The translations under genes and the position numbers were made by a program. A DNA stretch of 64,000 bases, from positions 15,562 to 79,561 of the forward strand of contig JBIJCF010000002.1 in assembly GCA_044344795.1 (NCBI GenBank), in the 5' to 3' direction. This DNA is from Bacteroidia bacterium. Its GTDB lineage: Bacteria > Bacteroidota > Bacteroidia > Palsa-965. The first letter of the stretch is position 1. The number at the start of each line of letters is the position of its first letter. The notes under the pieces were generated by a model. That model worked only from the letters and a program-made list of their open reading frames with translations. It did not search any database and was not told the DNA's origin. Positions 9,857 to 20,600 of the stretch are shown here, piece by piece.

Positions 9857-10978
9857 ATGCGTGCAAGTGTAGTTGTCTTCTTTCTGTTTTTAAGTAGTGT
9901 GTTGTTCTCACAGCAACATGATTCGGTACCTGATTCTACTCAGCGTAAAGGTTTTATTTATCGCATGTTTTTTGATACTACAGCACACAGTGGTTTATTT
10001 GCTATTCCCTTATTGTATTATACTCCTGATACTCGTTGGGCGTATGGCGCAATGGGCGTCTATTATTTTCATGTAGGCGGACCGAGCGCGCGTTTGTCGT
10101 ATGCGAAGCTTTTGATCGATTACACGCAAAACAAGCAACTTGACGTGTGGTCGTCTTGGAATATTTTTTTGAAGGAGGAAAGTTGGCTCATTAAAGGAGA
10201 AGCACGCTATAGAAATTTTCCTGATCGTTTTTATGGAATAGGAAATCAAACCACATCCGAAATGGTGGAACGGTATACGTACGATCTGCTCAGCATGAAA
10301 ATTTTGGGATTGAAGCGTATTCGCAAAGGAATGTTTGCCGGTGCAGATTATCAGGTGCTGTATATGTATAAGATGAAAGTAGCTGAAGGGGGAATTCTGG
10401 ATACAGCAGGAATTACGGGTGTTGGAGGAGGATTGAATTCCGGTTTTGGTTTGGTGTTTGTCTCAGATCAACGCGATAATGTTGTTAATGCAAGAACCGG
10501 TTATTTCTTCGAAGTATCTTCCTACTATTATCGTCCGGTATTCGGAAGTGATTTTAATTATACCACCTTGAACATGACTTTCAATAAATATATTCCTGTT
10601 TATAAAAGTAATGTCGTTGCGTTCAACTCGGTGGTGAATCTGAATTTTGGTAATCCAACGTTCATAACGATGTCGCAAGCAGGTGGTGATGATATCCTGC
10701 GTGGTTACGCGAAGAATAGATTTCGTGATCACAATTTTGTTGGTGCTCAAACAGAATATCGTTTCAAAATTTGGAAACGTTTTGGTGGAACCGTATTCGC
10801 AGGTGCAGGTGATGTGTTTAGAGATCGGAAGGATGTTTCCTGGAATACGGTGAAATATTCGTACGGCGCCGGATTGCGTTATATGGTGAATCGCAAGGAA
10901 CGACTCAACATACGTTTAGATTACGGCATTGGCAGAGGTAATAGCAGTTTTTATATTATGATTACGGAGGCATTTTAG
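9857..10978 (+). CDS. Outer-membrane beta-barrel protein (Omp85/surface-antigen-like C-terminal barrel without POTRA domains)
   Basis: Signal peptide MRASVVVFFLFLSSVLFSQQ, alternating aromatic amphipathic strands and a C-terminal ...GRGNSSFYIMITEAF ending in Phe. It lies 16 bp after the polyprenyl synthase gene. Confidence 0.4.
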   Translation: MRASVVVFFLFLSSVLFSQQHDSVPDSTQRKGFIYRMFFDTTAHSGLFAIPLLYYTPDTRWAYGAMGVYYFHVGGPSARLSYAKLLIDYTQNKQLDVWSSWNIFLKEESWLIKGEARYRNFPDRFYGIGNQTTSEMVERYTYDLLSMKILGLKRIRKGMFAGADYQVLYMYKMKVAEGGILDTAGITGVGGGLNSGFGLVFVSDQRDNVVNARTGYFFEVSSYYYRPVFGSDFNYTTLNMTFNKYIPVYKSNVVAFNSVVNLNFGNPTFITMSQAGGDDILRGYAKNRFRDHNFVGAQTEYRFKIWKRFGGTVFAGAGDVFRDRKDVSWNTVKYSYGAGLRYMVNRKERLNIRLDYGIGRGNSSFYIMITEAF

Positions 10979-11012
10979 CGCACGCGCAGCCGATTGTCGG
11001 CTAATGTTTACC

Positions 11013-12950
11013 TCAGTTAGTCATAAATTCCCATGCGCTGCGGTAGCCGTTTATCTCCTCGGCGTAATCCAGAAACGACTTGTAGAACGAATGCGCACCC
11101 AGTGTCGCACTGTCGCCGATAACAATTAGTTTTCGTTTTGCACGAGTTAGGGCTACGTTCATTCTTCGAGTATCCGATAAAAATCCAATTTCATTCCTAT
11201 CGTTACTTCGTGTCATGGAAATGCACATAATGTCACGCTCTTGTCCCTGGAATCCGTCTACAGTGCGGATGCTGAAATGATGTCGCGACTCGGAAACCCA
11301 ACTTTGCTCGTGAAGTAATGTTTGTAATTTTTCGGTTTGTTGTTTGTACGGTGCTATGATACCAATGCGCAATGGTTCGTCGGGACGATGATCATATTGT
11401 TGCAGCACATTTCCTAAGTGCCTAATCAGTAAGCGCGCTTCTTCTTCATTTTCGTAACTCAGTGTTTCGGGATGTTGATGCTCTTCATAGCCGGTTCCTG
11501 CGGTGTCAATAAATTCGAGCGGACGAATCAACAAATCATCAGCTTCGTCAAAGCTCAACAGATTATCTTTCACATCAACATAAGCCGAAAGTTCGTTGTT
11601 GTAAAACATGCGATTGCTGAAACCCATTATCTTTTCGTGCATGCGGTATTGCACGTTAAGCATCACTGCAACATTGGGGTGCGAGCGAATAACGCGTTCA
11701 AACAACGTGTATTTTAATCCGCCGTCTTCTGCACGTTTCGACTTAACAGTTGGAGGAAGTTGCAAATGATCTCCTGCAAAAACTACACGCTCACTTCTGA
11801 TAATCGGGATCCACGTCATGGGTTCCAATGCTTGTGCAGCTTCATCAATAAAACAGGTTTTAAAGCGTAAGTCGCGCATGAGTCGGCCTGCAGCAACTAC
11901 CGGCGTACACGCAATAACTTGTGCTTTTTCGAAACTATCCCACAAGATATAATCTTCTAACGCAGTCGCATCTTTCTGCAATTGCCGTGCTTCCTGATAC
12001 AACAAGTGTCGCTGTTCACGTTCGGCATGACCAAAGTTGCGTTTGTACTTTTTCGCCATGCTAAAGAATTCTTCAGCACGTTTTCGAAACTGTTTTAATT
12101 CTTTAAAGGATTCGTGATTGGCCATGCGCGCATCCAGCGTGTTTTGCAACACTTCTTCTGAAACACGCGCCGGATTTCCCAAACGTAAAACGTTGATGCC
12201 TTGTTGGACTAGTTTTTCAGTAAGTAAATCGACGGCCACATTACTCGGACTGCAAACGAGTACTTGTTTTTCATGCATTAGTGTATGCATGATGGCGCGA
12301 ATTAAGGTTGTAGTTTTTCCGGTTCCCGGAGGCCCATGAATAACTGCAACATCTTGTGCAGCCGTAATAAGATTAACTGCATTTTGTTGTGAACGATTTA
12401 ATCCGGACATGCCGGGAACTTCGGCTACACGACCAAACGAAGGAGCAGAGACGCCATAAAGGACATCGCGCAGCTGAGCCAATCTGCTGTTTTCTGCTAC
12501 TGCGACTTTGCCTAAAGCAAATTTCATTTCCCGATATCCGGCTTCATCAAATAATAAATTGATACCGATTTTACCACGTTCTATCCAACCCGGAAGTTCA
12601 TCAGTATTAAACGCAATGCGCATTTTGTTGCCATGCACATGTTTAATGGTGCCTTGAATTTTCCACTGCTCACTATTATAGTCTCCGCTATTGGAAAAAA
12701 TCTCGATTACTTTCCCGTTGGAAAATTGATGCAGTTCATTTTGTCCTTGTGTGCGTTCAAACTCGGCGGTAACATAATCGCCAACACCAAATTCTTCAGA
12801 AGTTACATGAACCGGATACCAGGTTACGCCATTTTTTCTGCGTGCTGCAATGCTGTATCGTTCGAATTGCTCGAGGTATTGTCGTAAATCTTCTTCCCGC
12901 TCAATCTCCAATAATGACTGCAACTGCAGCAGTTGATCTTTTACCTTCAT
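11013..12950 (-). CDS. Superfamily-1 helicase of the Upf1/DNA2/IGHMBP2-like family (AAA_11/AAA_12)
   Basis: Walker A GPPGTGKTTT, N-terminal beta-barrel domain, 645 aa. Resembles the putative-DNA-helicase family widespread in Bacteroidota. Confidence 0.7.
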   Translation of the reverse strand: MKVKDQLLQLQSLLEIEREEDLRQYLEQFERYSIAARRKNGVTWYPVHVTSEEFGVGDYVTAEFERTQGQNELHQFSNGKVIEIFSNSGDYNSEQWKIQGTIKHVHGNKMRIAFNTDELPGWIERGKIGINLLFDEAGYREMKFALGKVAVAENSRLAQLRDVLYGVSAPSFGRVAEVPGMSGLNRSQQNAVNLITAAQDVAVIHGPPGTGKTTTLIRAIMHTLMHEKQVLVCSPSNVAVDLLTEKLVQQGINVLRLGNPARVSEEVLQNTLDARMANHESFKELKQFRKRAEEFFSMAKKYKRNFGHAEREQRHLLYQEARQLQKDATALEDYILWDSFEKAQVIACTPVVAAGRLMRDLRFKTCFIDEAAQALEPMTWIPIIRSERVVFAGDHLQLPPTVKSKRAEDGGLKYTLFERVIRSHPNVAVMLNVQYRMHEKIMGFSNRMFYNNELSAYVDVKDNLLSFDEADDLLIRPLEFIDTAGTGYEEHQHPETLSYENEEEARLLIRHLGNVLQQYDHRPDEPLRIGIIAPYKQQTEKLQTLLHEQSWVSESRHHFSIRTVDGFQGQERDIMCISMTRSNDRNEIGFLSDTRRMNVALTRAKRKLIVIGDSATLGAHSFYKSFLDYAEEINGYRSAWEFMTN

Positions 12951-13936
12951 TTTTTGCCTTTAACTGCAATGCGGTGAATGTCGATATAAACAGGCAAGTG
13001 ATCACTGTATCCGCCAATGTAACGAGAGCCGGCCCACGTACGTTTCGGTGATGGTCCGTCGCCTTTGTACACTTCTGCAAACAAGCGATCCTGCTTAAAA
13101 ATGTATGCAGTTCCACATTTTAATGTTGTTCCTCCGTTAAGCGTTTGGCTCACCAGGATTTGATCCAATACTGATTTTTCCTTTTTGTAATAATGTGTTC
13201 CATCGCCCGAATTTTTAATGGAATCCATTTTATTCTGAAGCGACACCACTGTTTTGAGCGAAGCATCCGTTGGCTCATCGTTGAAATCACCTAATGCAAT
13301 AATTCGAGATCCGGCATTAATGGCTTTAAGACTATCACAAAGGCGTTGTAGTGTTTTTGCCGCGAGTAATCTTTTCGGTCCGCTTTCTTGTTCTCCGCCG
13401 CGACGTGATGGCCAATGATTAACCATTACAAAAAGCGTATCTGTTTTTCCAAGAATACCTCTTACCAAAAGTATATCGCGTGTCGGATACGCGGTGTCTG
13501 CCCATCCTGCAACCGGCACTGTATAAGATGTGAGCACGCGAAAATCTTTTTTCTTATAAATCAACGCCACATCAATGCCACGTTTATCGCGGGAGTTGTG
13601 ATGCACAATTCCATACTTCTGTTTTTTCAATTTTGTTTTGGTGGTTAAATCTTCCAACACTTTTCTGTTTTCAACTTCAGCCATTCCTAATATTGAAGGT
13701 CCTTTTCCGGCATTCATGTCCAAAATAACATCAGCAAGGTTGTTCAGTTTGGTCACATACCGCGCGGAAGTCCACGCATTTTTCGCACCCGGCAAAAATT
13801 CTTCGTCATTAATCGCAGGATCATTAATAGTGTCGTACAGATTCTCCACATTCCAAAAAGCTATGCGGTAGTGTTGCGCCTGAAGCGGCGAAAGTTGCAA
13901 TAAGACAAGTGCTAATAGGAAAAGAGGGAAACGCAT
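12947..13936 (-). CDS. Secreted endonuclease/exonuclease/phosphatase (EEP)-family protein
   Basis: Signal peptide MRFPLFLLALVLLQLSPLQAQ and EEP signatures (AFWNVENL, LGDFNDEP, SDHLPV). Its stop overlaps the helicase start by 4 bp. Confidence 0.6.
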   Translation of the reverse strand: MRFPLFLLALVLLQLSPLQAQHYRIAFWNVENLYDTINDPAINDEEFLPGAKNAWTSARYVTKLNNLADVILDMNAGKGPSILGMAEVENRKVLEDLTTKTKLKKQKYGIVHHNSRDKRGIDVALIYKKKDFRVLTSYTVPVAGWADTAYPTRDILLVRGILGKTDTLFVMVNHWPSRRGGEQESGPKRLLAAKTLQRLCDSLKAINAGSRIIALGDFNDEPTDASLKTVVSLQNKMDSIKNSGDGTHYYKKEKSVLDQILVSQTLNGGTTLKCGTAYIFKQDRLFAEVYKGDGPSPKRTWAGSRYIGGYSDHLPVYIDIHRIAVKGKK

Positions 13937-14090
13937 AATCAGTTATTTAGCGACGAATATGTGGTTAATGTTGACGAATTAGTATTGGATTAATTTTCAG
14001 CACAGCCGTTGGAAAACCTGTTGACAAGATAACTACGTAATTCCTTGGTAATGTGAAGTGTAGTGCTATATTTGGTTAATTGAACGTAAA

Positions 14091-14684
14091 ATGATGAAGC
14101 AAATATCTGCATTAATTTTAGCGTTTGTCCTGCAAGTTACGGCAAATGCGCAAAGCAACTCCACTGATATTGCAATGACCGGCTTTAACGCTGTTCCAAC
14201 AAATAATCATGTTGTGGTTTCATGGACGCCTGTTATGTCTGGAGTGATTTCTTACGAAGTAGAAAAATCTAAGAATGGATCGGAGTACGCTGTTGTAAGT
14301 AAAGTTGAGCCCGGTACAGTTGCTGTTGACTTTGTAGAAACTGATTTTCAGCCGTATGAAGGAATGTCTTACTATCGTTTAAAGTGTACAACCGAAGAAG
14401 GATTTACCTATTATTCGAATACTGTTCCTGTTAAATACACGAATGGTGTTGCGGTAAGTCCGGCGCCTCAAACCGTTAACAAGGTTGATCAAAATCCTGA
14501 CAAGACAGCCATCGTCGTTGTACGTAATGCTGCCGGCGAAGAATATTACTCGAAGGTTGAAGTTCAGAATTCCGGAGATCCGTTGGAGGTTAAAGATTTG
14601 GAGCAACGTTTAACTTCGGGCACTTACATAATAGTAAGTTGTTCGGAACAGAGCTACTTCTGTAAGCAGATGCTGGTAAAATAA
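14091..14684 (+). CDS. Hypothetical secreted protein, FN3-like
   Basis: Signal peptide MMKQISALILAFVLQVTANAQ and an FN3-like segment (VVVSWTPVMSGVISYEVEKSKNGSEY...YYRLKCTTEEG). Confidence 0.5.
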   Translation: MMKQISALILAFVLQVTANAQSNSTDIAMTGFNAVPTNNHVVVSWTPVMSGVISYEVEKSKNGSEYAVVSKVEPGTVAVDFVETDFQPYEGMSYYRLKCTTEEGFTYYSNTVPVKYTNGVAVSPAPQTVNKVDQNPDKTAIVVVRNAAGEEYYSKVEVQNSGDPLEVKDLEQRLTSGTYIIVSCSEQSYFCKQMLVK

Positions 14685-14705
14685 ATAGCCGCGATTAAGA
14701 TTTTC

Positions 14706-14738
14706 AGGCTCGTAGTTTTACGGGCCTTTTTTATTTTA
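14706..14738 (+). terminator. Putative rho-independent terminator
   Basis: Hairpin ggctcgta/tacgggcc with one mismatch, followed by TTTTTTATTTT. Confidence 0.45.
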
Positions 14739-14765
14739 GAAACACCAATTAATACGCTTCGTGTT

Positions 14766-15158
14766 ATGCGATATCGACTTATTTCCGCGCTATTATTCCT
14801 AATAGTCATTAATCTTAAGGCTCAACATCCCCGAAATTTTTCGGGCCGATGGTCCGGACAGTTGACGATTTTCGGTGCGCAGGGTAAGACAACAGCATTG
14901 TCCATGCAATTGAATGTGAGTAGTAAAGACAGTGCAGGCGTGTATTCATGGCAATTAGTTTATGGAGACAGTAGGAAAGATATCCGTGCTTATGAAATAG
15001 TTCCCGTTGATACACTCGTAGGTAAATGGAATGTGGATGAAAAGAATGGAATTGTTATCGCGGGAATATTCAGAGGAAATAATTTTATTACCTCGTTCGA
15101 AATTCAAGGCACACGAATTACTATTTTATTCTTTGCAAGAAGATGCGCTGGTTGTTGA
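14766..15158 (+). CDS. Hypothetical secreted protein, possibly frameshifted (see findings)
   Basis: Signal peptide MRYRLISALLFLIVINLKAQ. ORF 15031..15276 in the +1 frame continues it plausibly. Confidence 0.4.
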   Translation: MRYRLISALLFLIVINLKAQHPRNFSGRWSGQLTIFGAQGKTTALSMQLNVSSKDSAGVYSWQLVYGDSRKDIRAYEIVPVDTLVGKWNVDEKNGIVIAGIFRGNNFITSFEIQGTRITILFFARRCAGC

Positions 15159-15344
15159 AGTAATTGCAGGAACAAGCTCCGGAATAATGACGAGCGGTAA
15201 AGGCTCAGAGGATATTCCCACTGTAACAAGTTACGGTGTGAGTAGTTATCAAAGGGCGGTATTATCTCGGAAATGAATTATACACGTGACTAGGTTTTGT
15301 GTGCTCATATTGCCTAATTTGCCTGAACTAAAACCCGCTTCACC

Positions 15345-15965
15345 ATGACCTACATCAAAACCGATATTCCTCAGCCCGGAATTGTTGAATTGTTATTTTA
15401 CAAATCATCTACAGGAAGTGCCTTGTCTAATCTTGCGCATACCTTATTGTTAGGGCCGTCAACTTTAACTTCCGGTGAACGTGAACTTATTGCAGCTCAC
15501 GTTTCACGATTGAACAACTGCGAGTTTTGTCATGAATCTCATGCTGCGGCAGCAACGACACATCTTGGTGACAATGGTAAAGCTATAGCTTGTTTGCGAG
15601 AAGACATTGAAACTATGCCGGTCAGTAATAAACTGAAAGCGCTTTTACATATCGCAACTCGTGTGCAACAAAGCGGCAGAAATGTTTCTCCGGATCTAAT
15701 TGAAAATGCCCGCAAATTCGGAGCTTCCGACGAATGTATTCATGATGCCATATTGGTTGCTGCCGCATTTTGCATGTACAATCGTTACGTAGATGGTATG
15801 AATACTATGTTGCCGGAAAGTAAGGACGAGTATATTGACATGGGCAAACGTATGAGTAAGGGTTATAAATATCCGCCGGCAATTATCCGTTGGTTTGTCA
15901 AGAATGTCATGCGAAAGAATCCTGTGAAACTAAAGCCAAGAAGCGAAAAGCCTTTCGCAGAATAA
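15345..15965 (+). CDS. Carboxymuconolactone decarboxylase / AhpD-like family protein
   Basis: CEFCHESH motif (CxxCH of the AhpD-like fold). 206 aa. Confidence 0.5.
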   Translation: MTYIKTDIPQPGIVELLFYKSSTGSALSNLAHTLLLGPSTLTSGERELIAAHVSRLNNCEFCHESHAAAATTHLGDNGKAIACLREDIETMPVSNKLKALLHIATRVQQSGRNVSPDLIENARKFGASDECIHDAILVAAAFCMYNRYVDGMNTMLPESKDEYIDMGKRMSKGYKYPPAIIRWFVKNVMRKNPVKLKPRSEKPFAE

Positions 15966-15967
15966 AA

Positions 15968-17680
15968 TTAGAAATTGTAACCGGCATTAACCATTACAGT
16001 TAATTCTGACGTTGTTCGGGTAGCATTCGTAGCAGCAAGTCGATTAACGTAATTCGCACTGACGCTGAATGAAGGTGTTCCGTACTTTTTATTTTTCAGC
16101 TTGGGATTGATGGCGCACGTGAAGCGATGATTCATTAAGTGTGACTGCAGCTCATTCAATACAAGTGAACGATTGTACGTTGAGGCTAACGATATTCGCG
16201 TAATTTCCAATGTTTTCTGTGCTTGTAATCCCGGGCCAAGTTGCATCGTGGACACGAGATTATTCGCTGTTACTGACGCGTTACTCATTACACTAATGCT
16301 CCATTTTTGAGGCGCATTGGCAATAGTCCAGGAAATATTGGCATTAGCCATGTGTGTTCCGGGAAGTGCGACACCACTTTGCGGCTGACCTGTTTGTTGA
16401 TACATCAAGGAACCGGAGATACTGTTTTTCCATGTTTTCTTTCCAAACGATTTTAGGATCATCAATTGTCCTTGTTGTGCAAGCTGATAAAAGTCCAGTG
16501 TATCGGCCGGTGTTGGAACCCAAAACGGATCTGTGATCGGACGTCGATTGGTGTATGCCGTGAAGTTTGAATACGATGCTGTTGCTGAAAATCCTTTCAC
16601 TGTTTGAAAAGCCGCATTAACGGATCCTACCCAACGAAACGAAGTAGCTGCTTGTAAGCCATCCAAATTGTTGCGCTGTCTTCCAACGTTGCTTTGTATG
16701 TTGAGTTTTCCTTTTAATAAGCGTACTGAAGGTTGAATCGTTATGTTTTGCAAATCATTATTAAAAAAGTACGCACCTAATGACTGATAATCGGGATCTA
16801 CGTGTTCGTACTGTAATTTCAAGGAGAATACTTTATCCGCATATCCGAATGCAAATTTCCTTGCTTGCTTAAATGTGGTTGTGCTTCTGGTGGTCAACAT
16901 CCATTTTTGCCAGCCTGTGAAGTCAGTGGTTTCCTCTTTCGAAAAAATATTTCGCGTTAATCCGCTCATCGCAGCATCGATGTCCAACTGAAATTTCTTA
17001 AAGAACTTAATAGTGGACTGTATAGATGCTGCTGTGTTCTCCATAGGGGCTAGAAAGGACGCAGCAGGGAAGATCAGAAGCGATGTCGCATCATCGTACG
17101 CATGAAAGTAGGTTGCGGATAAACTCACTTGTTCACTTCTGAATCCGATTTTTCCTGCTAATCCCATTCTTTGGAAAGATGCCGACTCGTTCGCCAATGA
17201 TGATGAATCGAATGCCACAGATTTTTTCAAACGTCCGTACATCGCGGCAAACTCCATATTTTTCGGAGTCAGTTCAATTGCTCCTCCGGCGAAAACATGA
17301 CCGGCCAATGTAAATGGTGAATAGTTTACCGAAGTAATCCCAAAATGTCCTTTGGCCCACTTGTATGTGGGATGTACGCTTTGCATATTGAAAGGCTGCG
17401 TATAACTCGCTTGATTATTAGTGTACGAGAAGGTGAATGGCAAACTCAGATCCAAAATATTCACGGCAACATTTCCATTAAAGTACCAGGCAAATGGATA
17501 TCTACGCGCATCGAATCCTTGCGCATCGTAAAAAATGGAATTCAGTTGTAGCCCACCACCAATAGTTACCATGTCTTTCTTGCCGATCTTCTCCAGATTT
17601 TGAGCAAATCCGTTTAACGTAGATAGTAACGCTGTTAACGTCAGGCATAGGCACAATTTATGTAAGCAACGCTTCATCAT
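15968..17680 (-). CDS. Hypothetical outer-membrane beta-barrel protein (570 aa)
   Basis: Signal peptide MMKRCLHKLCLCLTLTALLSTLNGFAQ, amphipathic beta-strand pattern throughout and a C-terminal ...NAGYNF. Overlaps the stop of the upstream cargo gene by 4 bp. Confidence 0.5.
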   Translation of the reverse strand: MMKRCLHKLCLCLTLTALLSTLNGFAQNLEKIGKKDMVTIGGGLQLNSIFYDAQGFDARRYPFAWYFNGNVAVNILDLSLPFTFSYTNNQASYTQPFNMQSVHPTYKWAKGHFGITSVNYSPFTLAGHVFAGGAIELTPKNMEFAAMYGRLKKSVAFDSSSLANESASFQRMGLAGKIGFRSEQVSLSATYFHAYDDATSLLIFPAASFLAPMENTAASIQSTIKFFKKFQLDIDAAMSGLTRNIFSKEETTDFTGWQKWMLTTRSTTTFKQARKFAFGYADKVFSLKLQYEHVDPDYQSLGAYFFNNDLQNITIQPSVRLLKGKLNIQSNVGRQRNNLDGLQAATSFRWVGSVNAAFQTVKGFSATASYSNFTAYTNRRPITDPFWVPTPADTLDFYQLAQQGQLMILKSFGKKTWKNSISGSLMYQQTGQPQSGVALPGTHMANANISWTIANAPQKWSISVMSNASVTANNLVSTMQLGPGLQAQKTLEITRISLASTYNRSLVLNELQSHLMNHRFTCAINPKLKNKKYGTPSFSVSANYVNRLAATNATRTTSELTVMVNAGYNF

Positions 17681-20600
17681 TGTGTCACGACAATAATGAG
17701 TTCTGCAGCATCAAATTCTGCGATAACACGAACTACATATGAACCGGGAATGGGATTCGGAATAGCCACAGGGCCGCTCCAGGTATCAGTTTCAGCCACA
17801 GGAATTCTAATACGTTCATTACCGGAAGCATCGTGCACTGTAATTACGAAATGTTGTTTGGCATGAAGGGAAACGCTCAGGTTAAATTGACCATTATTCG
17901 GATTGGGATATACAATCATCGTATCAATTCCCAAATTGTTCCAATAATCGGCATACGTGGAATCAATCGCGCCAAAGCAAACTGATTTAGTAAGTGTTAA
18001 TTCGCAAGTGCCATACCAGATGTGCATCGTGGCATTGAAGCAGCCGGTGTCTTGTGCAATAATGTAAGGTGCATTCGGTGTTCCTCCCACTATGGAAAAG
18101 GTATTCGGGAAGTCCCATGAAACCGAATCAGGACGCGGATTCGAGATGTCTACAAATACCAATGTGTCATTTAATTGTGCTTGTGTTGACACGATGAAGT
18201 TGGCTGCAGGAAGTAAACTGTTCGAATCAATGTCAGCTTGCAATGTATGAGTACAGCCTAACGAATCGCGCACGATAAATGAATACGATCCGAATGGCAA
18301 TCCTGAAAAGATACCGTTGTTCTGCCAGGTTAATCCGTTATCAATTGATATTTCGTATGGTGGAACACTTCCATACGGATAGACTTGTATCTCGCCGCCT
18401 GCACTGTTCGGGTCGCACGGTTGGAAAGATAATGTAGAATCACTAATCGGCGAAGCCGGTGTAACCAGCACAGAATCTGTTCCGATGCAACCTGCATTAT
18501 CCGTAACAACAGTTGTAAAGTATAAGGTGTCATTTGGATAAACAGTTACAGGACTTCCATTACCTCCGTTATTGTTCCATGTAATTTGAAACGGTGGTGT
18601 TCCGCCAATCGGTGCGGATTGCAGCACTGCACCGGACGCATGACAGATTACGGTGTCGTTGGATGTCGTCAATAAGAGTTGGGGTAAATAGGTGACGAAT
18701 ACGGAATCCGTTCGTGAACATCCGTTCAAGGAATCAGTAACCAGAACGTAATGCCATCCGGTATCTGCGGTTGTTATTTGAAAGCCGAAGTAGGTTCCTG
18801 ATGGTGTGGTCCAATTACAAGTTGCAGACTGCGTAAGCGAAGCAAATTGAAGCGTAACACTATCGCTACTGCAAGTGATTGTCGGATTGGATGTAATAGG
18901 ATTGAGATGCGGCGGTGTGAACCAAGGTTCAATAATGGCGAAGTTGGAATTGTTTACACATCCGTTAATCATATTCGTCACAATGAGCTGGTATGCACCT
19001 ACAGTGTTTACGTTAGCAGGATTTCCCAAATTAGTTTGTGCGGTGTCTTGCCAGAATAGCGTTGTTCCTGTTGTTGCGGAAGAGCCGGTTAATAATGTAT
19101 TCGGCTGTGCGCAGGTAAGCGTGTCGTTACTTACAGTGAAAGTCGCAGATGGAAGTACACGATTTTCATCAACGAATAGTGTATCGAATGCCGAGCATCC
19201 GTTTCTGCGAGAGGTTATTTGCAATAAATAATTATCACTAATAACAGCATATACAGGATTGGTGAACGACGACAATGAAGGACTCGTCCATGAGATAGAG
19301 TCATTCGGATATAGTCCTGACGCATCAAGTACCACTGTATCTACAATACACGTTAAATCAGGAATGGAGGTCCAAGTCTGAATTACGGGAGGTATCGTAT
19401 CTGCTATAATTGCGGCGCTGTCTGTATTCTTACAACCATTGGGCGCTGTTACCAGCAGTATGTACGTTCCCGTAATGCCTGATGTTATCGTATCTGCGCC
19501 GGAACTTGCAGGTCCTGACCAACTGTACGTTACACCCGGCGTTAAACTACTTCCGCGCAAGGTTGCCGTTGGCTGGTTGCACGTTGTAGAATCTGATACG
19601 CCCGCATCTGCATCCGGTTTGGGTAATACGGTTATAGTGTAGGATCGAGCAGATAAAGACACAATACCGCATCCGGAAACTCCACGTACTTGCACAGCAA
19701 ATGTTCCCGTTGTAGAATTAGGAACTGCAATTTCAACTGACGGTCCATTCGGTATTAACGTAGCTGCATTGCTTGGAATACAAATCCAGTTGTAAGAGTA
19801 ATAAGAAGCAGAAGGTGCGATTTGCAGAAATCCGGTATCTCCCTGACAGATCGTGTTTGTGGGGAAAATAAAATTATTCGGCTGTTGTTGAGGACGCAGG
19901 CAATAACTGAACAAACGAACAGATGTGCTGGAAGTATTAATGTTGCCATGTTGTGTAAAGCGTTCGGCCTCGAACAAATATCCGTTCATTACCATCAAAC
20001 CATTGTTGATATACGAGTTCATCGCGGTTTGATTGCTGTTGTATATTTTAATCGTTTGTAAAGCTGCGCCACGAAAAAAACATTTATATAATCGATGACC
20101 CGGATTTAATCTGGAATTGCCATCAAACGTAGCCAATAACAAAGTGTCCCGATGCAACTCAATTTCCACTCGAATATTGGGCATCTCGAATGGAACGTTC
20201 AACGAAAAAGCAACATGACGTTTATAATAGTTGATCGTATTCACAACGACAAAATTCTCCGCTGTTTGCTGATTGGTGGACATGTAAAAGGAACCGACAA
20301 CATACGCAGTGTCACCACGTACTACAAAGTCTGTGAAATAATGATCCGGCAACGGATCGGTTTGTATGATGATTTGTGAACTTCCACTTGTTGTGTTGAT
20401 TTTGTAGATGCGTGATTGAGGTAGCGTAGTGGACGCAGTTCGCGCGAAAATTTGATTCGTGCCGGGAAGTAGTTGCCGAATCACTCCGTTAACTGCGGAC
20501 GTTAATGTGGTTACAGATCCTGCAAATGTTAGTTGCGCGAGATTACTTCGTGCCGTAGATTGAATAGTTGTAAATCGTCCTCCTGCATACAAGAAGTTGT

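Noticed and set aside
11013-13936. Calling the EEP nuclease plus Upf1-like helicase pair a defence system outright
   Set aside because: The EEP protein carries a convincing secretion signal, and the helicase family is a broadly conserved housekeeping-type gene in Bacteroidota. I keep it only as a low-confidence hypothesis.
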